Of a stretch of 64,000 bases of DNA, positions 10,013 through 19,445 are shown one piece after another. The notes below the pieces were generated by a model. That model had not been told where the DNA came from. It made no database searches and saw nothing but the letters and a program-made list of their open reading frames with translations. How positions within the stretch are numbered: position 1 is the first letter of the stretch; each line of letters begins with the position of its first letter. Location of the stretch: positions 21,559 to 85,558 of the forward strand of contig RECU01000053.1 in assembly GCA_007693855.1 (NCBI GenBank), written 5' to 3'. Source of the DNA: Gammaproteobacteria bacterium. Its GTDB lineage: Bacteria > Pseudomonadota > Gammaproteobacteria > Steroidobacterales > PWYM01. Both the position numbers and the translations under genes were made by a program.

Positions 10013-11053
10013 ATGGAATACACTGCCAAACCCGAGGCCGCAGCTATACACCCCGGCCAGCCGCTGGACGCGGTGGCGGACTGGCAGCAGGACATGCAGA
10101 CCGCCATCCGCAGCCTCGACACCCTGCTCACGGCCCTGGCGCTCTCGCCCCGCGACGTGGCGGTCAGCCGCGCTGCCGCTGAGCAGTTCCCCGTCCTGGT
10201 GACGCCGGCGATGCTCGCGCGCATGCGCCCGGGCGACCCGCGGGATCCCCTGTTGCTCCAGTTCCTGCCACGGCTGGAGGAAACGTTCTCGCAGCCTCCC
10301 GGCTATGGGGGCGACCCCGTGAGTGACAGTGCGGCACTCCGCGGTGAGGGCCTCCTGCAGAAGTATGCGGGCCGACTGTTGGCCATCAGCACGGGGGCCT
10401 GTGCGGTCCATTGCCGATACTGTTTCCGTCGGCACTTTCCTTACAGCGAACAGCACGCCGGCGCGGGGCGCTGGCAGGGGGCCCTCACGCTGCTGCGCGA
10501 TGACCCATCGCTGCACGAGCTGATCCTGAGCGGTGGCGACCCCCTGATGCTCACTGACCGGCGGCTCGCGGCACTGCTCGAGCCCCTGGCGGGGATCGCC
10601 AGCGTGCGCCGCCTGCGGATTCACACCCGCCTGCCGGTCGTCCTGCCGTCACGCATCGACGCCGGTCTGGCCGCGCTGCTCACCGCCTTCCCCCGCGCAC
10701 TGGTGGTGGTGGTGCATGTCAACCACCCCCGGGAACTCGATACCGCAGCGGCCGCCGCACTCTCCCGGCTGCGTCACGCCGGCGCGCTGCTGCTCAACCA
10801 GGCGGTGCTGCTGCGTGGCATCAATGATGATCTGTCGACCCAGATGACGCTCTGGCAGACACTGGCCGACGCCGGGGTCATGCCCTACTACCTTCACCTG
10901 CTGGACCCGGTCACCGGGGCGGCACACTTCGATGTCCCCGAACACGAGGCGCGCGCGCTGGTCGCTGCGCTGCGCGCACGCCTGCCCGGGTACCTGGTCC
11001 CCCGCCTGGCCCGTGAGATCCCCGGCGAGCCGGCCAAGACCGTACTGGCCTGA
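10013..11053 (+). CDS. epmB: EF-P beta-lysylation protein EpmB (KamA-family radical SAM lysine 2,3-aminomutase)
   Basis: CAVHCRYCFRRHFPY, LSGGDPL, RIHTR, PYYLH; divergent from efp. Confidence 0.97.
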   Translation: MEYTAKPEAAAIHPGQPLDAVADWQQDMQTAIRSLDTLLTALALSPRDVAVSRAAAEQFPVLVTPAMLARMRPGDPRDPLLLQFLPRLEETFSQPPGYGGDPVSDSAALRGEGLLQKYAGRLLAISTGACAVHCRYCFRRHFPYSEQHAGAGRWQGALTLLRDDPSLHELILSGGDPLMLTDRRLAALLEPLAGIASVRRLRIHTRLPVVLPSRIDAGLAALLTAFPRALVVVVHVNHPRELDTAAAAALSRLRHAGALLLNQAVLLRGINDDLSTQMTLWQTLADAGVMPYYLHLLDPVTGAAHFDVPEHEARALVAALRARLPGYLVPRLAREIPGEPAKTVLA

Positions 11054-11168
11054 CGGTCGAAACCGGAACGGGGTCACAAAGCTGTGGACTGCGTCGCGGT
11101 CCACGTCACAATCCGCTGCCAGACTTCAGTCCTGCCCCGAAGGTGCCCTGTCAACGGCACCACAGGCC

Positions 11169-13259
11169 ATGGAGTCGAATGCCTTGAACAGCCAGGTCGG
11201 CGTCCCCGTCATCGTTCTGACCCGCAAACAGGATCACGTCGAGGCCATCAATCGCGGCCTGCGCGACGCCCGCCACCCCGCGCACTGCAGCTGGCTCTCA
11301 GACCCGAGCGAGCTGGCCGACGCGATGGTGCAGATCGCCCCAGAACTGATGGTCTACTTCGCTGATGAATTCCCGGGTGGCGTGGCCGCGATCGCGGCCA
11401 CGCGAGATCACGCAACGCCAGGGCTGCCACTGCTGTGCATCCGCCAGAGTGTCGACGAATCCACCATTGCGCGTGACCTTGATGCCGGGGCCCAGGATAC
11501 CCTGTCGCTGGCCCACACCCGGCGCCTGCAGGCCGTGGCCTCGCGTGAGCTGCGGGCCTACAGACTCGAGCGGGCACTGAACAACACCCAGCGCTCGGCG
11601 AGCCGTTACCGCCAGCAGCTGCAGGCGTTCATGGAAGGTTCGGCAGACGCCATCGCCACCGTACAGGAGGGCATTGTCGTCGAAGTCAATCCCGCCTGGC
11701 TGGAACTCTTCGGCTATGCCGACGAGGAAGCCGTCGTCGGGCAACCGCTCATGGACCTGTTCGAGTCTGGCAGCCATACCGCGCTCAAGGGCGCCCTGGT
11801 CGCCGCCATGCAGGGCAAATGGGAGGATCAGTCATTACGGGCCCAGGCGCTGACTTCGGATGGCTCAGCGCTCACGATTGAACTGCAGTTCGAGGTCGCC
11901 AGCTTCGACGGAGACGCCGCCGTACAGCTGACCGTCCCGCGCGTGCACCGCAGCGATGACGATCCCGACCACCTGGTCGCCGAAATGGTGCAGAAGGATC
12001 CGGTGACCGGACTTTACCACCGGCGACCACTGCTCGACGCCATCGGCACACGCCTTGCCCAGCCGAGCCGCGGCGGTGTGCGCGTCGTGGTCTGGCTGCG
12101 GCCTGACAAACTGCTCGAGCTGCGCGCCGGACTCGGGCCACTGGCCACCGAAACGCTGCTGGACCGCCTGGCGGGTCTGATCGCCACGGCGCTTGGGCCT
12201 GCCGACCTCGCCGGACGCATGACCGGCAACGGCCTCGCCGTGCTGCTGGAACGGGGCACACTGAAAGATTGCCAGGCCTGGACGGAGAACCTGCTGCGGA
12301 GTATTGCCAGTGAGGTCTTCGAGATCGGTGAGCAGTCACTCTCCCTGACCTGCAGTGCGGGGCTGGCCCTGGCTGGCCGACAGACCGCAACCCTCGACAG
12401 CCTGCTCGATGTCGCCGAGCGTTGCTGCCGCGAGGCGCGCGCGCAGGGGAACTGTCTGCGGATCCCGGAGGCGGTGGCCGACGACACACTGGCCATGGAA
12501 CAGGACCAACTGTGGGTGCGGCGGATCAAGGCCGCCTTGCTGGAGAACCGCTTCCGACTGGTGCATCAACCGATCGTCAGCCTCCAGGACAGCCACCAGG
12601 GGCTCTACGATCTGCTGGTGCGCATGGTGGACGAAACCGGCGAGGAGATCCTCCCCGGGGAGTTTCTGCCCGCCGCGCAACGACACAAGCTGATGAAGAA
12701 CATCGACCGCTGGGTCATTGGCGCGGCGATCGCCTTCGCCATGAGCCGCAAGCCCGCGCGGGTCTTCGTCAGGCTGTCGGCCGACAGCGTACTCGACGAC
12801 ACCCTGCCGAAATGGCTGCAAAACCAGTTGCGCGGCGCCGGCGCACCGCCGCAGCGTCTCTGCTTTCAACTCTCCGAAGAGCTCTGTCACCAGTACCTGA
12901 AGCAGGCCAAGCGACTCGCCGAGTCGCTGCGCAAGATCGGCTGTCAGTTTACCGTCGACCACTTTGGCACCGGCCGTGACCCGCTCCAGATCCTGCACCA
13001 TGTGCCCATGCACTACGTGAAGATCGACGGCTCGCTGATGCAGGGGCTGTCGAGCAACGATGTTCTGCAGCAGCAGGTCCGTACCCTGGTCGCCGCCGCA
13101 CGTGATCACAAGGTTCTGACGATCGCCGAACGGGTCGAAGACGCCAACACCATGGCCGTCCTGTTCCAGATCGGTGTCAGCTACATGCAGGGACATTACG
13201 TCCAGGAACCGGAGGTGGTACTCGAGGACAACACCAGCATGCTCCGCACCATTGCCTGA
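11169..13259 (+). CDS. FimX-like REC-PAS-degenerate GGDEF-degenerate EAL protein
   Basis: Pseudo-receiver N-terminus, PAS (VEVNPAWLELFGY), GGDEF fold with GRMTGNG, EAL fold with YDLLVRM, VDHFGTG, KIDGS, AERVE, QGHY; start placed at the ATG at 11169 rather than the ORF-track 10932. Confidence 0.85.
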   Translation: MESNALNSQVGVPVIVLTRKQDHVEAINRGLRDARHPAHCSWLSDPSELADAMVQIAPELMVYFADEFPGGVAAIAATRDHATPGLPLLCIRQSVDESTIARDLDAGAQDTLSLAHTRRLQAVASRELRAYRLERALNNTQRSASRYRQQLQAFMEGSADAIATVQEGIVVEVNPAWLELFGYADEEAVVGQPLMDLFESGSHTALKGALVAAMQGKWEDQSLRAQALTSDGSALTIELQFEVASFDGDAAVQLTVPRVHRSDDDPDHLVAEMVQKDPVTGLYHRRPLLDAIGTRLAQPSRGGVRVVVWLRPDKLLELRAGLGPLATETLLDRLAGLIATALGPADLAGRMTGNGLAVLLERGTLKDCQAWTENLLRSIASEVFEIGEQSLSLTCSAGLALAGRQTATLDSLLDVAERCCREARAQGNCLRIPEAVADDTLAMEQDQLWVRRIKAALLENRFRLVHQPIVSLQDSHQGLYDLLVRMVDETGEEILPGEFLPAAQRHKLMKNIDRWVIGAAIAFAMSRKPARVFVRLSADSVLDDTLPKWLQNQLRGAGAPPQRLCFQLSEELCHQYLKQAKRLAESLRKIGCQFTVDHFGTGRDPLQILHHVPMHYVKIDGSLMQGLSSNDVLQQQVRTLVAAARDHKVLTIAERVEDANTMAVLFQIGVSYMQGHYVQEPEVVLEDNTSMLRTIA

Positions 13260-13290
13260 TCCGGCAGGCCCGCAAGCGACAGGAAGATCG

Positions 13291-13306
13291 TGTGATGCAG
13301 TTCTCA
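13291..13306. promoter_or_regulatory. CRP/Vfr/Clp-like binding site
   Basis: TGTGA-TGCAGT-TCTCA, 9/10 match to TGTGA-N6-TCACA, intergenic, upstream of the FimV-like gene. Confidence 0.6.
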
Positions 13307-13390
13307 GTTCGAACCCCTCGCCAGACTGCCAGGATGGAAACCCTGAACCGTGCACGGGCGATCGGCACCGGCAACGTTAGGCTGTCAGCC

Positions 13391-15196
13391 ATGAGACCCT
13401 CTCGCCCCAGAGCCACCCCGCTGGCCGTCGCCGTCGCGGCCGTGCTTGCGAACAGCAGCGCGCTGGCGCTGTCTCTCGGACCGATCGAAGTCAGCTCCGC
13501 GCTCGGTGAACCGCTCCGCGCAGAGCTTGCGCTTGGCGTCGCACCCGGCGAGCGGATTACGCCTGAGTGTTTCCGCCTGTCGACCGACGCCTCTGCCGGC
13601 GCGCGTGCCGGCATGCCCTACGAGGCCAATCTGCAGGTTCTCGGCAGCGGCCCGGCGCGACGACTGACCATCAGCGGTCGGACCCCGCTGCGCCAGCCCT
13701 TCCTGGACCTCGTGGTCGCGGTGGAGTGCGCGGGCGTTCCCCGACTGCAGCGCGGCTACACCCTGCTGCTCTCCCCGGCTGGCCTGGCAGCGCCGGCGCG
13801 ATCGGCCAGCGCCGCAGCAGCAGCGACGCCAGCAGCAACGCCAGCGCCTTCGACCTCGCCCGCGGGTCAGCGCAGCGGGCCTGTCTCCGCGCCCAGCGCC
13901 CCGCCGGCACGCCCGTCGACCCCGATCCCCGACACGTTGCTGAGCAGCGGCGAGCCTTACCGCGTGCGCCCCGGCGACACGCTGTCGACCATCGCTGCGC
14001 GCGTCAGCGACCGCGAGCTGTCGATCTGGGCGCAAGCTGACGCCATTTTTGCCGCCAACCCCGGGGCATTCATCAATGCCGACCCGAACCGGCTGCGTGC
14101 CGGCAGCGTGCTGGAGATTCCGCTGGCCGCCGGCCGCGCAGAGGCGGCGCGATCGCCGCGTCCTCGCGAGGCCCTCGCCGAAGTGACACCACGCCTGGGT
14201 GAGCGCCCGGAGATCGCGAGAGCCACCCCGGTTGCCGCTGCGCTCGCGGTGACTGCGGGCCCCGGCGTATCCTCGGCCCGGCAGGCTGCCGAGGCCATGG
14301 GACCGCCGAGACCGGAACGCCTGATCGCGACGACCCCTGTGCCTGCCCCTGTGCCTGCGCCGCAGGCCCTCGCCACGGCGGCGACGGCGACCACGGTGGC
14401 CTCGGCGGACGCCTCCGGAGGACTGCGGGGCTGGCTGGCCGGCCTGCTCGTCGGACTGGGCTTCATCAGCCTGGGCGCACTGCTGGGCTGGACGGCGCTA
14501 CGGCGTCGCCCGAGCGAGTCTGACGACGCCGCCGCACATGCCGATCTCGACACGACGATCCAGGCGGGCGGTCGCCCACAGGGTGTTCGCCTGACGCCGC
14601 CGCCTTCGTTCGATCGTGAGCTGCACCAGACAGGGAGCTACACCGTCGAGATGACGCCGCCGGACGTCACCGCAGACGATGGCGCTGCCGCGCGGGCAAC
14701 CGGGCGGATCGATGACACGCCCACCGACGAGGTCGCGGTGCTCGATTCCACGGCGGAGACGAACGGCGACGACGCCTTCGACGCGCTGTTGACACTCACC
14801 TCGGATGACGACATCGGCAGCGCCGCCGCGGCGGCCGCCGCCCTACCGGCGGCGCCGGCGAACCCGCGGGCGGGCGACACCACGATCGAGCACCGCTTCG
14901 AAGGCTTCAGCGCCACCCAGGCCCTCGATATGCAGATGGCCGAGGCCATGGCCATGCTCGAACAGGACTACACCAGTCGCTTCGAAGCTGCAGTCTCGCT
15001 GGATGAGAGCCGCGAACACGACGCCACCGATACCCTGCACGCCCTGCCCGGCGACGTCACCCAGAGCCTCGAAGACCTGCGCCTGCAGGCCGGCGATGAC
15101 ACAGAGACGCCGCATGGCGAAGACGACGAGGGCGCAGACACCCAGGAACGTACGGCACTGATGGAGACGCCTCCGGGCCGTGTCGGCACCGGTTGA
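13391..15196 (+). CDS. Second FimV-like LysM membrane protein
   Basis: Signal peptide then ALSLGPIEVSSALGEPLRAEL (FimV N-domain), LysM YRVRPGDTLSTIA...ANPGAFINADPNRLRAG, one TM helix, acidic Thr-rich tail; no recognisable FimV C-terminal TPR. Confidence 0.82.
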   Translation: MRPSRPRATPLAVAVAAVLANSSALALSLGPIEVSSALGEPLRAELALGVAPGERITPECFRLSTDASAGARAGMPYEANLQVLGSGPARRLTISGRTPLRQPFLDLVVAVECAGVPRLQRGYTLLLSPAGLAAPARSASAAAAATPAATPAPSTSPAGQRSGPVSAPSAPPARPSTPIPDTLLSSGEPYRVRPGDTLSTIAARVSDRELSIWAQADAIFAANPGAFINADPNRLRAGSVLEIPLAAGRAEAARSPRPREALAEVTPRLGERPEIARATPVAAALAVTAGPGVSSARQAAEAMGPPRPERLIATTPVPAPVPAPQALATAATATTVASADASGGLRGWLAGLLVGLGFISLGALLGWTALRRRPSESDDAAAHADLDTTIQAGGRPQGVRLTPPPSFDRELHQTGSYTVEMTPPDVTADDGAAARATGRIDDTPTDEVAVLDSTAETNGDDAFDALLTLTSDDDIGSAAAAAAALPAAPANPRAGDTTIEHRFEGFSATQALDMQMAEAMAMLEQDYTSRFEAAVSLDESREHDATDTLHALPGDVTQSLEDLRLQAGDDTETPHGEDDEGADTQERTALMETPPGRVGTG

Positions 15197-15202
15197 GCGG
15201 CA

Positions 15203-17461
15203 TCAGCCGCCAGCGCTTTCCGCCACCAGCCGCTCGACCCGACGCCAGCCGCGAGGCAGCAGGCTGCCACGGCGTCCGCGATTGCCGGTGTAGTTCTCCA
15301 GATCGCGGAACCGCAGCGTCATCCGGCGCTGGCCGCTATACACCGCCAGCACGTCTTCCGGCGCCACCGACGCCACCGCCACCATGCGCTCCTCGCCTGC
15401 ACGGTGCCTGGCCGCATTGATCGCCTGGATCCGGTTGCCCTTGCCGCGGGCAAGCTGTGGCAGATCGTTGACCGGGAAGACCAGCAACTGGCCGCTCTCG
15501 CTCACGGCGGCGAGCAGCGCCTCGTCGGGCTGCACCACCGGTGAGGGCGTCAGCACCGCCGCGCCGCGCGGGACCGTCAGCACGGCCTTGCCGGCCTTGT
15601 TGCGCGAGTGCAGGTCACCGAGACGGGCGATGAAGCCGAAGCCCGCATCCGTGGCCAGCAGCCACAGGCTGTCGTCTTCGCCCGTCATCACGCCGCGAAA
15701 GGTGGCCCCGTCCGGCGGGTTGAAACGACCCGACAGCGGCTCGCCCTGGCCGCGCGCCGAGGGCAGCGTGTGCGCCGGCAGGCTGTAGGCCCGCCCGGTA
15801 CTGTCCAGGAAGACCGCCGGTTGGTTACTGCGCCCGCGACTGGCAGCCAGAAACTCGTCACCGCTGCGGTAATTCAGCGCCGGCGCATCCACCTCATGCC
15901 CGCGGGCGGCGCGCGCCCAGCCCCGCGCCGAGAGCACCACTGTCACCGGCTCCGCGGCCACCAGCTGGGTCTCGTCAAGGGCCTGCGCGGCGGCGCGCTC
16001 CACCAGACCGGTGCGGCGCGCGTCGCCATGTTTCTCGGCGTCCTCGAGAATCTCGTCGCGGATCAGTCGCCGCAGCCGCGCCCGGCTGCCCAGCGTCTTC
16101 TCCAGCCCGTCGCGCTCGGCCTCGAGTTCGGCCTGTTCGCCGCGGATCTTCATTTCCTCAAGTTTCGCCAGATGCCGCAGCTTGAGCTCCAGAATGGCCT
16201 CGGCCTGGGTCTCGGAGAGCTCGAAGCGGGCCATCAGCACGGGCCTGGGCTCATCCTCGGCGCGGATGATCGCGATGACCTCATCGATATTGAGATAGGC
16301 CACCAGCAGGCCATCGAGGATGTGCAGACGCTCTCGGACCTTGCCCAGGCGATGCTCGAGCCGGCGGACCACGGTGTCGGTGCGAAACTGCAGCCACTCG
16401 GCGAGCAGGCTCTTGAGATCCACGACGCCGGGGCGCCCATCCAGGCGGATGACGTTCATGTTCACCCGCACCGTGCGCTCGAGGTCGGTGGTGGCGAACA
16501 GGTGGTTCATCAGCTGCTCGACGTCGACGCGACTGGAGCGTGGACTGATGACCAGGCGGGTCGGGTTCTCATGATCGGATTCGTCCCGCAGATCCTCGAC
16601 CAGCGGCAGCTTTTTCGCGCGCATCTGGCCGGCGATCTGCTCGAGCACACGGCTGCCCGAGACCTGCCAGGGCAGCTCGGTGACGATGATGTCGCTGCCC
16701 TCGCGCTCGTAGCGCGCGCGCACCCGCAGGGTGCCACCGCCAGTCTGATAAATCTTCAGCAGGTCCTCGCGCGGCGAGATGACTTCACCCCCGGTCGGGA
16801 AATCCGGGCCCTGGATATGCTCGCAGAGCTCGGCGACGGTAGCTTTCGGCGCCTCCAGCAGATGCACCAGCGCGGCGGTCACCTCGCGCAGGTTGTGCGG
16901 CGGGATATCCGTGGACATGCCCACCGCAATCCCGCTGGTGCCGTTCAGCAGCAGATTCGGCAGCCTGGCCGGCAGCCGCACGGGCTCGCTGAGGGTGCCA
17001 TCGAAGTTCGTCGTCCAGTCGACCGTCCCCTGACCGAGCTCGGCGAGCAGCAGCGCGGCATAGGGTGTGAGCTTGGCCTCGGTGTAGCGCATCGCCGCGA
17101 AGCTTTTCGGATCGTCGGCACTGCCCCAGTTGCCCTGGCCGTGGACGATGGGGTAGCGGTAGGCGAAGGGCTGGGCCATGTGCACCATCGCCTCGTAACA
17201 CGCCGCATCGCCATGCGGGTGATACTTGCCGATGACGTCGCCGACCGTACGCGCCGACTTCTTGGGCTTGGCGTTGGCCGAGAGCCCCAGCTCGCGCATG
17301 GCGAAGACGATCCGGCGCTGGACGGGTTTGAGGCCATCGCCGATGAACGGCAGCGCCCTGTCGAGGATGACGTACATCGAATAGTCGAGGTAGGCCTTTT
17401 CCGTGAAGGTTCGGAGCGGCTGGCGCTCCACGCCCTCGAAATTCAGTTCGCGTTCTTCCAC
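15203..17461 (-). CDS. parC: DNA topoisomerase IV subunit A
   Basis: [29 protein letters not shown] catalytic Tyr, SARGQGEP. Confidence 0.98.
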   Translation of the reverse strand: MEERELNFEGVERQPLRTFTEKAYLDYSMYVILDRALPFIGDGLKPVQRRIVFAMRELGLSANAKPKKSARTVGDVIGKYHPHGDAACYEAMVHMAQPFAYRYPIVHGQGNWGSADDPKSFAAMRYTEAKLTPYAALLLAELGQGTVDWTTNFDGTLSEPVRLPARLPNLLLNGTSGIAVGMSTDIPPHNLREVTAALVHLLEAPKATVAELCEHIQGPDFPTGGEVISPREDLLKIYQTGGGTLRVRARYEREGSDIIVTELPWQVSGSRVLEQIAGQMRAKKLPLVEDLRDESDHENPTRLVISPRSSRVDVEQLMNHLFATTDLERTVRVNMNVIRLDGRPGVVDLKSLLAEWLQFRTDTVVRRLEHRLGKVRERLHILDGLLVAYLNIDEVIAIIRAEDEPRPVLMARFELSETQAEAILELKLRHLAKLEEMKIRGEQAELEAERDGLEKTLGSRARLRRLIRDEILEDAEKHGDARRTGLVERAAAQALDETQLVAAEPVTVVLSARGWARAARGHEVDAPALNYRSGDEFLAASRGRSNQPAVFLDSTGRAYSLPAHTLPSARGQGEPLSGRFNPPDGATFRGVMTGEDDSLWLLATDAGFGFIARLGDLHSRNKAGKAVLTVPRGAAVLTPSPVVQPDEALLAAVSESGQLLVFPVNDLPQLARGKGNRIQAINAARHRAGEERMVAVASVAPEDVLAVYSGQRRMTLRFRDLENYTGNRGRRGSLLPRGWRRVERLVAESAGG

Positions 17462-17462
17462 G

Positions 17463-19355
17463 TCAGACCTCGATCTCGGCCAGGTTGCCCTTGGCCTGCA
17501 GCCAGTCGCGACGGTCGGCCGCGCGTTTCTTGGCGAGCAGCATGTCGAGCAGCTGTTCGGTGTCGTCGCTCGCGGACACCGTCAGCTGTACCAGCCGACG
17601 CGTATCCGGCGCCATGGTGGTCTCGCGCAGCTGGGACGGACTCATCTCGCCCAGCCCCTTGAAGCGGGTGACGCTGACCTGGCCACGACGTTTCTCGGCG
17701 GCGATGCGATCGAGCAGGATATCGCGCTCGGCGAGGTCCAGCGCATAAAACACCTCCTTGCCCACATCGATGCGAAACAGCGGCGGCATCGCCATGTAGA
17801 CATGGCCGGCCGCGACCAGCGGCCGGTAATGGCGCACGAACAGGGCGCACAGCAGCGTGGCGATGTGCAGCCCGTCTGAATCGGCGTCGGCGAGCACGCA
17901 GACCTTGTGGTAGCGCAGGCGCGAGAGATCAGGTGAAGCGGGATCGACCCCAAGTGCGATGGAGATGTTGTGCACCTCCTGGGAGGCGAGGATGTCGCCG
18001 GACTCCACCTCCCAGGTGTTGAGGATCTTGCCGCGTAGCGGCATGACCGCCTGGGTCTCGCGATCGCGTGCCTGCTTGGCTGAGCCACCGGCCGAATCGC
18101 CCTCCACCAGGAACAGCTCGGACCGCGCGGGGTCCTGCGAGGTGCAGTCGGCGAGCTTGCCGGGCAGCGCCGGACCGCTGACCACACGCTTGCGCACCAC
18201 CTGCCGCGCCGCCTTCAGCCGGCGCTGGGCATTGCCGATGGCCAGCTCCGCGATCTGCTCGCCGGCCTCCGGATGCTGGTTCAGCCACAGGGCGAAGTGA
18301 TCCTTGACCACCCCGGCGACGAAGCCCGCCGCCTCCCGCGACGACAGCCGTTCCTTGGTCTGGCCGGAGAACTGCGGCTCGGCGAGCTTGACGGAGAGCA
18401 CGTAGCTGACCTGTTCCCAGACATCCTCTGGCGCCAGGCGCAGCCCGCGGGGCAGCAGGTTACGGAACTCGCAGAACTCCCGCAGCGCCTCGGTGAGCCC
18501 CGAGCGCAGGCCGTTGACGTGGGTGCCCCCCTGCGCCGTGGGAATCAGGTTCACGTAGCTCTCGGCGACCACGCCGCCCTCGGCCACGCGCCAGGCGACC
18601 GCCCATTCCACCGCCTCGCGAGCAGCCGCCAGCGTGCCGGAGAGGGGTACCTCGGGCACCCGCTCGACCTCACCCATGGCCTCGCGCAGGTACTCCTCGA
18701 GTCCGCCCTCGTAGCACCACTCCTGCGTCTCGCCGCCCTTCTCCACGGTGAAGCGCACACGCAGGCCCGGGCAGAGCACCGCCTTGGCGCGCAGCACGTG
18801 GGTGAGACGGCCGACCGAGAACTGCACCGAATCGAAGTATTTCGGATCGGGCCAGAAGCGCAGCGTGGTGCCGGTATTGGCGCGGCCGACCTTGCCGACC
18901 GGCTCGAGCTCGCCGGCCTTGTGACCGTCACGGAAACTCATGTTGTACTCGACCCCGCCCCGGCGGATCCAGACCTCCAGTGCGCTCGACAGGGCGTTGA
19001 CCACCGAGACGCCGACGCCGTGGAGCCCACCCGAGAACTGGTAGTTCCTGCCGGAGAACTTGCCGCCGGCGTGCAGCCGCGTGAGGATCAGTTCAACGCC
19101 GGGGATGCCCTGCTCCGGATGGATATCCACGGGCATGCCGCGGCCATCGTCAGCCACTTCCAGCGAACCGTCACGATGCAGGATGACGCTGATGCTGCGG
19201 GCGTGACCGGCAAGCGCCTCGTCGACGCTGTTGTCGATCACCTCGTGTGCGAGGTGGTTGGGGCGACTGGTGTCCGTGTACATCCCCGGACGGCGACGCA
19301 CGGGATCAAGGCCGCTCAGGACCTCGATGTCGGAGGCGTTGTAACTGCTGCTCAT
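17463..19355 (-). CDS. parE: DNA topoisomerase IV subunit B
   Basis: [46 protein letters not shown]. Confidence 0.98.
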   Translation of the reverse strand: MSSSYNASDIEVLSGLDPVRRRPGMYTDTSRPNHLAHEVIDNSVDEALAGHARSISVILHRDGSLEVADDGRGMPVDIHPEQGIPGVELILTRLHAGGKFSGRNYQFSGGLHGVGVSVVNALSSALEVWIRRGGVEYNMSFRDGHKAGELEPVGKVGRANTGTTLRFWPDPKYFDSVQFSVGRLTHVLRAKAVLCPGLRVRFTVEKGGETQEWCYEGGLEEYLREAMGEVERVPEVPLSGTLAAAREAVEWAVAWRVAEGGVVAESYVNLIPTAQGGTHVNGLRSGLTEALREFCEFRNLLPRGLRLAPEDVWEQVSYVLSVKLAEPQFSGQTKERLSSREAAGFVAGVVKDHFALWLNQHPEAGEQIAELAIGNAQRRLKAARQVVRKRVVSGPALPGKLADCTSQDPARSELFLVEGDSAGGSAKQARDRETQAVMPLRGKILNTWEVESGDILASQEVHNISIALGVDPASPDLSRLRYHKVCVLADADSDGLHIATLLCALFVRHYRPLVAAGHVYMAMPPLFRIDVGKEVFYALDLAERDILLDRIAAEKRRGQVSVTRFKGLGEMSPSQLRETTMAPDTRRLVQLTVSASDDTEQLLDMLLAKKRAADRRDWLQAKGNLAEIEV

Positions 19356-19421
19356 GCGTGCCGGCCCTGCAAGTACGCCGACGGCCGGCCCCGTGGGGCC
19401 GGCCGTCCGGTAAAGACGCCG

Positions 19422-19430
19422 ATTATAGCA
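19422..19430 (-). promoter_or_regulatory. Extended -10 promoter for parEC
   Basis: Exact TGCTATAAT on the - strand, 66 bp upstream of the parE ATG. Confidence 0.65.
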
Positions 19431-19445
19431 ACGCCGACAGACGCT

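Noticed and set aside
11073-11110. Two TCACA half-sites upstream of the FimX-like gene (CRP-like)
   Set aside because: The partner half-sites match TGTGA poorly, which is too weak to call.
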